A program made the translations under genes and the position numbers. Below, piece after piece: positions 24,438 to 37,057 of a stretch of 64,000 nucleotides of DNA. The notes under the pieces were generated by a model that was not told the DNA's origin, ran no database searches, and was given only the letters and a program-made list of their open reading frames with translations. The stretch is from positions 62,002,001-62,066,000 of the forward strand of contig NC_058368.1 of assembly GCF_018350175.1 (NCBI RefSeq). Direction: 5' to 3'. This stretch comes from Felis catus (lineage: Eukaryota). Each line of letters starts with the position of its first letter. The stretch's first letter is position 1.

Positions 24438-25807
24438 ATTTTTCCTGAACGGTTCATTGTAGGCAGTAACAGGGCATATGAGAACTAAAATATCTATAAG
24501 TATGATATATACATGAAATAAGATCTATAGTGCAATATTCAAAACTCAATTGGTTAATATAAAGTTAAAGGGATGCACTGAGTTCTAGTACTGCAGTGCT
24601 CAAAATATTTTCAACTTTTATACCTTTATTGCAGATTAAATGTGTGTACATGTCATGAGAAATGGAGTTCTTCCAACAATGTTCTTTACTCAAATATAGC
24701 AAGTATATTAAACCAAGAACTACAGTAAATGGGAGTTGTTCGGGATATCTTCTGGAAAAAAAAAATGAAAAAAAAAAAGAACAAAACAGTCATCTTGTAA
24801 ATACTTCTAAAAAACAGAAAATAAAAAGTTTGTAAATACTGAAGTCCATGCCTTGGGAAACAACCAGAAGCAAGAATTATGAGTTGAATTTTACAGAATA
24901 ATATACTCTACCAAATTGAGATTTGTAAGTCATTATCTAAGAAAAGATAGAAAAAGCCTTTAGCAGAATGTATATCTACATTCAAAAAGCGAGTTAGAAT
25001 TGGAATTAAATTGCTAGAAGAGTTAATGATGAAACAAAACAAAACAAAAAAAGAGACAAGAGAATTGCTGTTTAAGAAATTAGCTAATATTCACTTAAAT
25101 TGCTGAATCTACTATTGGTCATGCTAACTTTACAATAATATAATTTAAAAAGTTTCTTCATAGACTGTCAAAAATCAGTGCCAAATCCCTTATTCATTCT
25201 TAAGGAATAATGAAATAAATTTAGCCAAATGGAGAGCGGATTGGAGGGAAAGAGGCAGCATATTTCACTTTTTAAGATCATGGGAAACATTATTTATTTC
25301 ACTGAAAATAGACTGTTCTTATTCACTTTATTCATCATGGCTGCAGTACTTTGTCTTTTGTATGTGCTGTGCCATATTGAAGTAGTTACAGATGTCAGAC
25401 AAAATGGGCACTAGGAAATATGTAGCAATGAATGGCTTCTGGACTGCATTGTGCCCTTACTTATCAACAGATGTGGTTAGAAAGCAAATGCTAATTTCTC
25501 ATTTCAGCTCAGATTAAATAGCCATTAAATATTCTGTAAAACTCTTGGTAAATGGCAGTAAGAAAAACATTCTTTGAACAGTTTTGATTTGTATTCCCTA
25601 TTGGTCCTGAGAGCTTCACAGACCACTGGCATTCAGCCCTAACAGATGTCCTAGCCCCCAGGGAATTTCATGAGCCTAGTAAACTATTATGCACCTTGTG
25701 AAGGTTGAAATACTTAGTGTTGCTAACTACTTTCCTTCTGTTTTGATACCTGTCTCAGATCCTTTATGGAACAGAGGACCAAGTAGATGGACTATAAAAA
25801 GATAATA

Positions 25808-25872
25808 ATAGATGATAGATAGATAGATAGATAGATGATAGATACATAGATACATAGATATATAGATACATA
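25808..25872. repeat. (GATA)n tetranucleotide microsatellite
   Basis: Read directly from the sequence. Confidence 0.95.
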
Positions 25873-26131
25873 CCCACCCCCTCCACACAGTAAAAACACA
25901 CACATAAACACATATATTTTACACATAAGTTTGTTCAAAACTATTAAAAATGAATTACATTTGAAACCAATAAGCTTCAAGTTAAAATAAACTTCTTGAT
26001 TTAAAATAGCATCTTAATTATTCTTGAATCACCTATATCTAGCGCAATACTGGAAAGTAAATGATCAAAAAGCAAAACTAAAACAACAACAAAAATGAAA
26101 GTAACTAATTAAGAAAAGAGTTGTAAGTTTC

Positions 26132-26353
26132 TTTTTTTTAATTTTTTTTCAACGTTTATTTATTTTTTGGGACAGAGAGAGACAGAGCATGAATGGGGGA
26201 GGGGCAGAGAGAGAGAGACACACAGAATCGGAAACAGGCTCCAGGCTCTGAGCCATCAGCCCAGAGCCCGACGCGGGGCTGGAACTCATGGACCGCGAGA
26301 TCGTGACCTGGCTGAAGTCGGACGCTTAACCAACTGCGCCACCCAGGCGCCCC
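26132..26353 (-). mobile_element. Young SINEC_Fc-like SINE
   Basis: Perfect TSD aagagttgtaagtttc at 26116-26131 and 26354-26369; CpGs largely intact. Confidence 0.97.
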
Positions 26354-26479
26354 AAGAGTTGTAAGTTTCAAGTGATAAGGCAATAGACAAATCATATTTG
26401 ATTAGTAAATAAATTAGTTGTAGATATCCTCCAATTTCCATTGAATATCAGGAAACCTATTCCACTTGAATAATCACAA

Positions 26480-27050
26480 GAACTCCCTTTACTGTAAAAT
26501 CCTCAATGGAGAAAGAATTAAGACTGCCATTTGAGGGTGCGGAATAGGAAAGAAGTGTGAGAATTTTTGATGAAAAATGACACAGTTACTTTTGCAAACA
26601 GGAGAGACTGACCTAGGAGATATCAGCAATCCTGCTTGGGAGTAGTGAAGAGCAGGATTGTTGTAGGCATCAACTCAGTGAAAATTGGACTTAGGTAAGA
26701 TGGTAGTAAAGTTTATGTGTGTACAATAGAATGATCCAATGATTGATCATGGAATTTAATTAAGAGAACTCATGAAGAGTTGATGTGAAGTGAAAAGTAG
26801 CAGGATTAGTGCATTGAAGACGCCACTGAAGTCAAAGGATTGTTAAAGTTGAGGTTAAAAGGAGGGTGTGGTGAATGGAGAGTGAGAAGCTCAAAATTTA
26901 AAGTTGTGGAGGAAATGAAGTATTGCTTATGAAGAGGTTGTGACTATGGGAGCCAAAAACTGAGGAGGGACAGATATAAAGATTATTCAGAAGAAGTTGA
27001 AGAAAATGAGAGACTTAGACATATGTTTCTCCCATATGGATCTTGATATC
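26480..27050 (-). mobile_element. Probable L2 fragment
   Basis: G/A-rich decayed sequence similar in motif order to the L2 segment at 55270-56150. Confidence 0.45.
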
Positions 27051-27633
27051 AATAATAAAAAAAAGATTACTGACCTACAGCGAACCACAATCACTTTTGT
27101 ACTGATGATATATGATTATGTCTTTCATTGAACAAAATTAAAACTGAAAATGAGCTAGGGTTTGTAATTCATCAGAGGTCATGTAATATGTAAACTTAAA
27201 GCACATGATTTTGTAAGGAACAGGAATGCAGTTTCTCCAATATTGAAACAATAATCTCTGTAACATAACACAGTCTATGTTTTTAATGGGGAGAATGGTT
27301 TTACTTTGAAAAAAAATAACAAAAAATAAAATCTTTGAAACATTAACCTCTGTATTAATAATGCAATAAGCTAATTTTGAAAAATATTGGTAATTGATAT
27401 TTGAGGTGTATTCTTAAATAATCCCATAGAAACAAATATACTGTTATTTAGAATTCTTTAAACTTATGAATATTTAACCAAATAAATACAGTGAATATAT
27501 TCAAATCAAAATAACTTACAAACATAATAGATTTTATATGTGTATACTTTTATAACAATTCTAGGAAATTTAATTTTAAAATTAATATTCTAATTTTGTT
27601 TGTATTTACCCTAACACAAGTGAGTCTTTTAGT

Positions 27634-27857
27634 GGGGGCCTGAATAGATCCATTAAGTACTTGTGACTCTTGGGGTACCTGCATGGCTCAGTTGGTTAAG
27701 CATCCGACTTTGGCTCAGGTCATGATTTCACTGTTCATGAGTTTGAGCCCCATGACAGGCTCTGTGCTGACAGTTCAGAGCATGGAGCCTGCTACAGATT
27801 CTGTATCTCCCTCTCTCTCTGCCCCTCCCCTACTCACACTCTGTCTCTCTCAAAAAT

Positions 27858-27895
<38 letters not shown>

Positions 27896-27964
27896 CTTGT
27901 GACTCTTGATCATGGGGTCATGCGTTCAAGCCTCATGTTGGACCTAGAATTTAGTTTAAAAAAA
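27634..27964 (+). mobile_element. Old short Can-SINE hosting a nested SINE
   Basis: Head at 27634-27671 resumes at 27908. Host TSD tgagtc(t/a)tttagt at 27621-27633 and 27965-27977. Confidence 0.8.
27672..27894 (+). mobile_element. Can-SINE nested in older SINE, (CA)n tail
   Basis: TSD acttgtgactctt at 27659-27671 and 27895-27907. Confidence 0.95.
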
Positions 27965-29821
27965 TGAGTCATTTAGTAAATATATTGGGCAAAATGAGTC
28001 ATTATTAGAATATTCATCAGCTGTGTTCACTATAAGCATTTGGAGGAATAAAATATATAGTGATTTGATCAATATGCAATATCAATTTTATTTTCAAAAT
28101 AAATTTCCACAACTTAAAAAAATCCATAAATTATACAAAGGAAGTAATATATCCATTTAAAATAGATTGCAAGTAGTGCATTAGTGTTGTTTTCTTTGTT
28201 TTTTAAGTTTTAATAAAGTAAATGGAATGGAAGATTGTGAAGTTATATGGCTGTTATGTAGCTGCCTACAAACTTAATTCCTAATTATGTATATTAAAAG
28301 TTTTAGTAATGCTTTATTATATTTAAGCAATTATAACCACATTAAACTAAAATAGCTTGCTAAACAGTCTACGAGACATACATTCTATTTAATAGATAAA
28401 ATATGCCAGGGTTCAATTTCTGCTTTTGATATTGATGCATTTTTATCTCATTCTCTCTGAGCTGAAAGTTATTCATTAATAAGATGGTAGATTGACCAAA
28501 ACCATTTTATATCATTAACACCTTTCAAATTCAACATTGTATGAACAATTTAGATGTAATTGGATTTCTGCTGTGCTTGCATGTGGTTAAAAAGGGCTTC
28601 AAAGAAACATTAATTTTGATCTTTGTTAACAATATCAGCAAATCAGGTTTAAGTAATTGGTCTCTAAACTATAAATTATAAGAGATTATAAATTAGTGAA
28701 GCTTAAAAATGTGAAAAGTTTGAAAAAGTGATTTTTCAGAGAGTCACAGTGGTGAAATGGACAAAATTATATTCAGGTAAAGAAAACAGTGAACTTGAGG
28801 AGTCAACATGGAGAAGTAGGGAGACCTAAAATTCCCTCGTCCCTCAAACACAGCAGTATTTGGGCCAGAAGACTTGGAATTCCAGGAATTTGGGCTACAA
28901 AGTGACAGAAACACAACTACCAGAACAACTTGGAGGGCCATAGGTGCATGATTGTGAATTGGGAGAGATAAAATGGGCAGTGTAGGCACGAAGGGGAGGG
29001 ATCCCCTTCTGTTGAGAGACAGAAGAAAGAGACAGAGAGGCTGTGGAAGTGTAGGAGTGTATTTAGACAAGAGAAAAACCTCCCCAGACCACGGACTGGG
29101 GAACAGAAAACACAGAGAAGGAACCAACTTCTAACTTGCAAGCAGCCTTAGGAGTAGCAATCCAGAGACTTTCCCTGGACTGGGGCCTGCCACCTTGTAC
29201 ACAAGCCTGGGGGAGGGGGTAGCCAGCCCAGAGCTCAGTAGTGTGCTCAGAGGCAGCCAGAGAAATCATCAGTCCCTTCCTTTGAGTGCTATGGGAAGAA
29301 TGTATAGAGCTGCTCCAAGGATAAAAGACCCTGCAGGCACTTGCCAGCCAGAGGCCCTTTGTCGGCTGGGCGAAGTGACACTACCCCTGAACTGGGTCAC
29401 ACAGAGCAGATTCTTTAAGACATCGGGGTTTGAATTCCATCACTTGGCTGTGCAGGAGACTATGGAGCAGGACAAACAGGCCTACCAGTGCCAGCACTGC
29501 ACTGGGAGGATGGCCTGAGCAGAGTGGTCTGGGACACCCAGTCCGGAGAGGAGAGACTGGGGTGTCGCCATTTTTCTCCCAATCACCAAAAAGGTAGGGC
29601 TTCAGGGAACTGGACAGCAGGCTCAAAGTGGAGGAGGGACCTGACTGCACCCAACCACTCCCTTCTGTGCCTGGTAACTGTGTATCTGCCAGAGAGAGAT
29701 TGGCACTGACTGAAACAGATGGCACCTCCTCCAGACCAACACAACCCCCAGTTCCAAGGCACCATCAGATATCAGTGCAGTGTTTTTACATTTTCTGATT
29801 TGATTCTTGGTGAATTCTTAC

Positions 29822-29823
<2 letters not shown>

Positions 29824-29876
<53 letters not shown>
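29824..29876. repeat. (CA)n(TA)n microsatellite within L1 5' UTR
   Basis: Read directly from the sequence. Confidence 0.95.
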
Positions 29877-30353
29877 TTTCTTTCCTTCCTTTCTCTATTC
29901 TGGTTGTTGGTTTGTTTAAGGAGACATTTTTAATCTATTCTTTTTACACCTCTTCTATATCTCCATCTTCTTTATTTTCCTCTCTCTCTCTGAATTAAGC
30001 CATATAGTTTCTTGGATTCTCTGCCTGGTCAGTTTTTTTTCTTTTCTTTTTCCCTGCCCCTGTCATTTCTCTCCTAGTATGGTATAAGGATTTTTCCACA
30101 ACCACCACCCCCTTTTTGATTTTTTTCTAGGGTTACTTCAATGAACAAATCAAAGCACACCTGGTGGAAGGCCCAAACCACCACTAAGAATAGGGAGATG
30201 AAGTAACCAGAGTCACAACAACGGAGAGCACAGCACACACTACAAAAGCACCTCCTGAAGGGCCAGGCTCTGGACGGTGTATGGCCCCTTTTTAGTATAG
30301 TAGTGCTTGCAAGTGCAGGATACATAACACGCTTTTAAAACACATAAAGAACA

Positions 30354-30579
30354 GGGGCCCCCTGGGTGGCTCAGTTGGCTAAGTGTCCAACTTTGGGTCA
30401 GGTCATTATCTCGTAGTCTGTGAGTTCAAGCCCCATATTGGGCATTGGCCTGACAGCTGAGAGCCTGAAGCTGGCTTTGGATTGTGTTTCTCCCTCTATC
30501 TTTGCTTCTTCTCTCAATCATGCTCCGTCTCTGTCTCTGTCTCTCTCTCAAAATTAAATAAGCATTAAAAAATAAAACA
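30354..30579 (+). mobile_element. Can-SINE in L1 5' UTR
   Basis: Degenerate TSD aaaacacataaagaaca / aaaacacctaaaggaca. Confidence 0.93.
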
Positions 30580-30610
30580 AAAACACCTAAAGGACAGAAA
30601 ACTAGCCAAA

Positions 30611-31530
30611 ATGATGAAATGGAATTCTCCTGAAAAGAAATTCCAGAAAGAAATGACAGCTATAAAATTGCTCCAAATAGATATAAACAATACATCTGAT
30701 CAAGAATTTAGAATAAAAGTCATAAGATTAATAGACGGACTTGAGAAAAGCATAGAAGACAGCAGAGAATCTACTGTTGCAGAGATCAAGGACCTGAGAA
30801 ATAGTTATGACAAATTAAGAAATGCTGTTAATGAGGTACAAAATGTACTTATGCAGTGACAGCAAGGGTGGAGGAAGCAGAGGGGAGAATAAGTGAAATA
30901 GAAGATAAAATTATGGAAAATGATGAAGCTGAGAAAAAGAGAGGTAAGAATATATTAGACCATGAGGGGAGAATTAGAGAACTAAGTGATTCAATGAAAC
31001 ATAATAATATCCACATCACAGGAATTCAAGAAAAAGAAGAGAGAGAAAAAGGGTCAGAAGGTTTACTTGAACAAATTATAGCTGAGAATTTCCTAAACTG
31101 GGAGAGGAATCAGACATCGAAATCCAGGAAGCACACAGAAATCCCTTCAAATTCAATAAGAATTGGTCTTCATCTTGGCACATCATTGTGAAACTGCCAA
31201 AATACAAAGATAATGAGAGAATTCTGAAAGCAGCTAGGGGCAAATGGGACTTAACCTATAAGGGTAGACACATAAAGGTAGTAGCAGACCTGTCCACTGA
31301 AACTTGGAAGGCCAGAAGGGAGTGGCAGGAAATATTCAATGTGCTAAAAAGGAAAAATATACAACCAAGAATCTTTTCCAGCAAGGCTGTCATTCAGAAT
31401 AGAAGGAGAGATAAAGACTTTCCCAGACAAACAAAAACTGAAGGAGTTTATGACCATTAAACCAGCCCTGCAAGAGATTCTAAGGGGGACTCTGTGCATG
31501 GAACGCTACAAAGACTACAAAGGACCAGAG
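30611..31530 (+). pseudogene. L1 ORF1 (RNA-binding/chaperone protein), frameshifted
   Basis: Three ORF pieces: SDQEFRIKVIRL.., ARVEEAEGRISEIEDK..RIRELSDSMKHNNIHITGI.., ERILKAARGK..LTYKGRHIKVVADLSTETWKARREW. Confidence 0.93.
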
Positions 31531-32246
31531 ACATCACCAAAAGCATGAAACCTACAATAACACAGTGACACTAAATCCATATATTTCAATAATAACTCTA
31601 TGTAAATGGACTATGTGCCCCAATCAAAAGACATAGGGTATCAGAATGGATAAAAAACCAAGATCCATCTATATGCTGTCTATAAGAGACTTATTTTAGA
31701 CCTGACGACACATTCAGATTGAAAGTGAGGGGATGGAGAACCATCTATCATGCTAATGAAAATCAAAAGAAAGCAGAAGTAGCCATACCTAGAAAACTAG
31801 ATTTTAAATTAAATACTGTAACAAGAGACAAAGAAGGGTATTATATCATATTTATGGGGTCTATCCATCAAGAAAAGCTAAAAATTGTAAATGCCTCCAA
31901 CTTGAAAGAATCCAAGTTAATCACAAACATAAGCAACTAGGCAGCAACTCAATAAAGAAACAATGGCCTTGAATGATACACTGGACCAGATAGACTTGAC
32001 AGACATATTCAGAAATTTTCATCCCAAAGCAGCAGAATACACATTCTTCTTCAGTGCACATTCTCCAAGATAGATCACAAGCTGGGTCACAAATGAGCCC
32101 TCAATCAATATAAAATAATTGAGTTCATACCATTTATATTTTCAGATCACAAGGCTTTGAAACTTGAAATCAACCACAAGAAAAAATTTGGAAAGCCTTC
32201 AAATGCATGGAGGTTAAAGAACATCCTACTAAAGAACAAATGGATC

Positions 32247-32466
32247 GGGGTGCCTGGGTGGCTCAGTCGGTTAAGCGTCCGACTTCGGCTCAGGTCATGA
32301 TCTCACGGTCCGTGAGTTCAAGGCCCACGTCGGGCTCTGTGCTCACAGCTCAGAGCCTGGAGCCTGCTTCAGATTCTGTGTCTCCCTCTCTCTCTGGCCC
32401 TCCCCCGTTCATGCTATGTCTCTCTCTGTCTCAAAAATAAATAAACATTAAAAAAAATTTAAAAAA
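32247..32466 (+). mobile_element. Can-SINE in L1 ORF2
   Basis: TSD aacaaatggatc at 32235-32246 and 32467-32478. Confidence 0.97.
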
Positions 32467-34132
32467 AACAAATGGATCAATCAGGCAATTAAAGAATAAA
32501 TTAAAAAAATATATGGAAGCAAGTGAAAATGAAAATGCTATAGTCCAAATCCTTTAGGATGCAGCAAAGGCAGTCATAAGAGGAAAATACATTGCAATCC
32601 AGGCTTATCTCAAGAAATAAGAAAAATCTCAAACACAAAACTTAACCTCACACCTAAAGGAACTAGAAGCAGAATGGCAAAGAAACCCCAAAGCCAGCAG
32701 AAAAAAAGAAATAATAAAGGATAAAGCAGCAATAAATAAAATATACAATCCAAAAACACAGGTGGAGCAGATCAATGAATCTAAGAGCTGGTTTTTTGAA
32801 AGAATAAATAAAATTGATAAACCCCTAGCAAGACTTCTCAAAAAGAAAAGAGAGAGAAACTAAACAGATCAAATCATGGATGAAAAAATAGAGATCACAA
32901 CCAACACCACAGAAATACAATTATTAGAGAATAGTATGAATAATTATATGCCAACAAACTGGACAACCTGAAATAAATGGAAAAATTCTTAGACACCCAC
33001 AAACTTCCAAAACTCAAATGGGAAGAGATAAAAAACTTGAACAGACTCATAACCAGCCAAGAAGTTGAATCATATATCAAAAATATCCCAACAAATAAGA
33101 GTCCTGGGCAAGAAGGCTTCACAGGGGAACTCTACAAGACATTGAAAGCAGAGTTAATACCTATTCTTCTCAAGGTGTTCCAAAAAATAGAAATGGAAGC
33201 AATCTCCCAAACTCATTTTATGAAGCTAACATTACATTGATTCCCAAATGAGACAGGGACCCCACTAAAAAGGAGAATTTTAGGCCAATATCCCTGATGA
33301 ACACAGATGCAGAAATTCTCAACCTGATCCTAGCAAATCAAAATCAACAGTATATTAAGAGAATTATTCACCATGATCATGTCAGATTCATTCCTGGGAT
33401 GCAGGGCTGGTTCAATATTTGCAAATCAAACAATGTGATACATTACATAATAAAGAAAGAAAATGATCCTATCAATAGATGCAGAAAAAGCTTTTAACAA
33501 AATGCAGCATCTTTTCTTAATAAAAACCCTTAAGAAAGTTGAGATAGAAGGAATATACTTAAACATTATAAAAGCCATATATGAAAAGCCTACAGCTAAT
33601 ATCATCCTTGATGGGGAAAAACTGAGAGTCTTCCCCCTGAGATCAGGAACACAACAAGGATGTCCACTCTCACCACTGTTGTTTAACATAGTGTTGGAAG
33701 TTCTAGCATCACAAATCAGACAACAAAAGGAAACCAAAGGCATCAATATTGGCAAAGATGAAGTCAAGCTTTCACTTTTTGTAGATGACATGATGTTATA
33801 CATGGAAAACCCAATAGACTCCACCAAAATCTGCTAGAACTGATACATGAATTCATCAAAGTCACAGGAAACAAAAAAAATGTACAGAAATCAGTTGCAT
33901 TCTTATACACTAATAATGAGGCAACAGAAAGTCAAATAAAGAAACTGATCCCATTCACAATTGCACCAAGAATAGTAAAATACCTAGGAATATTTCTAAC
34001 CCAAGATGTAAAAGATCTGTATGCTGAAAACCATAGAAAACTTATGAGAGAAATTGAAGAAGACACAAAGAAATGGAAAAACATCCCATGGTCATGGATT
34101 GGAAGAACAAACACTGTTAAAATGTCAATACT

Positions 34133-34370
34133 GGGGGCGCCTGGGTGGCGCAGTCGGTTAAGCGTCCGACTTCAGCCAGGTCACGATCTTGGGGTCCGTG
34201 AGTTCGAGCCCCGCATCAGGCTCTGGGCTGATGGCTCGGAGCCTGGAGCCTGTTTCCGATTCTGTGTCTCCCTCTCTCTCTGCCCCTCCCCCGTTCATGC
34301 TCTGTCTCTCTCTGTCCCAAAAATAAATAAAAAACGTTGAAAAAAAATTAAAAAAAAATAAAATAAAATA
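34133..34370 (+). mobile_element. Young SINEC_Fc-like SINE in L1 ORF2
   Basis: TSD aaaatgtcaatact at 34119-34132 and 34371-34384. Confidence 0.97.
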
Positions 34371-36328
34371 AAAATGTCAATACTACCCAAAGCAATCTAC
34401 ACATTCAATGCATTTTCAATCAAAATTGCACCAGCATTCTTCTCAGAACCAGAACAAACAATCCTAAAATTTGTGTGGGACCACAGAAGACCTCAAATTG
34501 CCAAAGTAGTGTTGAAAAAGAAAACCAAAGCAGAAGGAAAAAGAAAACCAAAGCATCAACCAATAGAGTAGAGAACCCAGAATTGGACCCACAAATGTAT
34601 GGACAACTAATTTTTGACACATCTGGGAAGTGTAGCCAGTGGAAAAAGGACGGTCTTTTTAGTAAATGGTGCTCAGAGAACTGGACAGCAACACGCAGAA
34701 GAATGAAACTGGACAACTTTCTTACATCATACACAAAAATAAACTCAAAATGGATGAAAGACCTAAATGTGAGAGAGGAAAACACCAAAACCCTACAGGA
34801 GAAAACGGAAAACAACCTCTTGACCTTGCCACAGAAAATTCTTACTTGACAGGTCTCTGAAGGCAAGGGAAATAAAAGCAAAAACGACCTCAACAAGGTA
34901 AAAAGCTTCTGCACTTCAAAGGAAACAATCAACAAAACTAAAAGGCAACTGACAGAATGGGAGAAGATATTTGTAAATGACAAATCAGATAAAGGGTTAG
35001 TATCCAAAATCTATAAAGAACTTATCAAACTCAACACCCAAAAAACAAATAATCCAGTGAAGTAATGGGCAGAAGATATGAATAGACACATTTCCAAAGA
35101 AGACATCCAGATGGCCAACAGACACATGAAAAGGTGCTCAAAATCACTTATCATCAGGGAAATACAAATCAAAACCACATTGAGAAACCACCTCATACCA
35201 GTCAGTGACTAAAATTAACAACTTAGGAAACAACAGATGTTGGTGGGGATGTGGAGAAACGGGAACCCTCTTGCACTGTTAGTGGGAATGCAAACTGGTG
35301 CAGCTCTCTGGAAAACAGTGTGGAGGTTTGTCAAAAAATTAAAAATAGTATCACCTTGCTACTCAGCAATAGCACTACTAGGAATTTATCCAAAGGACAC
35401 AGGAGTGCTGATTCATAGGGACACATGCACCCCAATGTATACAACAGTGCTTTCAACAGTAGCCAAATTATGGAAAGAGCCAAAATGTCCATCAGCTGAT
35501 GAATGGATAAAGAACACGTGGTTTATATATACAATGGAATACTACTTGCCAATGAGAAAGGATGAAATCCTGCCATTTGCAACAACATGGATGAAAATCG
35601 AGGGTATTATGCTAAGTGAAATAACTCAGTCAGAGAAAGACAGATATCATTTGTTTTCACTCATATGTGGACCAAGGGGGAAGGGAAGTGCAAAAATAGT
35701 TTCAAACAGAGAGGGAGGCAAACCATAAGAGACTGTTAAATACAGAGAACAAACTGAGGGTTGATGGGGAGAATGGGGGAGAGGGGTAAATGGGTGATAG
35801 GTATTGAGGAGGGCATTTGTTGGGATGAGCACTGGGTGTTGCATGTAAGTGATGAATAATGAGAATCTACTCCCGAAGCCAAGAGCACACTCTATACACT
35901 TTATGGTAGCTAACTTGACAATAAATTATATTTATAAATAAATAAATAAATAAATAAATAGCATCATTTTAACTGAAAAATAAAAAGAAAATAGTGAACT
36001 TGATTCATATGGGCTAACTATACAGATTATATAATTAAGGTTACCATATATAAGCTTGATTTTTTTCAACAACTGGATATTTCTAGATATGTAATCTGAA
36101 CATTAGTGAGACTGAATTTTTTTTATTTCTTTTTTTTTTAAATCAAAGAACACAAAGATACCAGGGAGCACCTACTATATATTTGGGTGTACTATGTATT
36201 AACTTATCAAATCACATGTTTGTGACCTTCCCTCCTATTCTAAATATTTCTGTTAATTGTCTTAAAAAGAAAAAAAATTCTTTGTTTCCTTAAATATTTA
36301 AAAGGAAAAAAACATGTTAATGTAATTA

Positions 36329-36689
36329 TTTTTACAGTTTTTATTTAAATTGTACTTAGTTAACACATAGTGTAATATTAGTTTCACATGTAAAGTATAG
36401 TGATTCCAGTGTTCATCACAAATGCACTCCTTAATCCCCATCCCTATATCCTCTGGTAACCATCAGTTTGTTCTGTCTATTAAAGAGTCCATTTGTTGAG
36501 TTGCCTCCTTCTCTCTCTCTTTTTTATCCTATGCTCGTTTGTTTTGTTTCTCAAATTCCACATATGAGTGAAATCATATGATATTCATTGTTCTCTGACT
36601 GACTTATTTTGCTTAGCATAATACTCTCTAGCTCCATCCATCTTGTTGCAATGGCAAGATTTCATTCTTTTTTATGGCTGAGAAATATT

Positions 36690-36727
<38 letters not shown>

Positions 36728-37057
36728 TGTGTTAAATATCTTCACATCATCTTGGGATGCCTGTGTAGCTCATTCAGTTAAGCATTCAACTCTTGATTTC
36801 AGCTCAGGTCATGATCCCATAGTTCATGGGATACAGCCTTGCTTGGGATATTCTCTCTCCCTCTCTTTGCCCTTTCCCTGCTTACACGTGCTCTCTCTCT
36901 ATCTCTTTCAAAAATAAACAAATGAACAGTTAAAAAAATCTTCTTTATCCATTCAACAATCCATAGACACTTGGGCTGTTTCCATAATTTGGCTATGATA
37001 GATAATACTGCTATAAACATCAGGGTGTATGTATCCTGTTGAATTAGTATTTTTGTG
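36329..37057 (-). mobile_element. 5'-truncated L1 3' end containing (TG)n and a SINE
   Basis: ORF FIAVLSIIAKLWKQPKCLWIVEWIKK; TSD-like aatgtaatta at 36319-36328 and 37058-37067. Confidence 0.9.
36754..36937 (+). mobile_element. Can-SINE with internal deletion, inside L1
   Basis: Head gggatgcctgtgtagctcattc, CT tract and A tail. Confidence 0.88.

Larger units (their letters stand above)
31565..35360 (+). pseudogene. L1 ORF2 (endonuclease/reverse transcriptase), disrupted by stops, frameshifts, deletions and two SINEs
   Basis: RT motifs [32 protein letters not shown] and FVDD (33778-33789; canonical FADD). Confidence 0.95.
28799..35983 (+). mobile_element. Full-length inactive carnivore L1 (5' UTR, ORF1, ORF2, 3' UTR, (TAAA)n tail)
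   Basis: TSD aaagaaaa(c/t)agtgaacttga at 28779-28798 and 35984-36003; colinear ORF1/ORF2 fragments in the ORF track. Confidence 0.97.

Noticed and set aside
34420..35007. Longest ORF in the track (195 aa, minus)
   Set aside because: Antisense frame of L1 ORF2.
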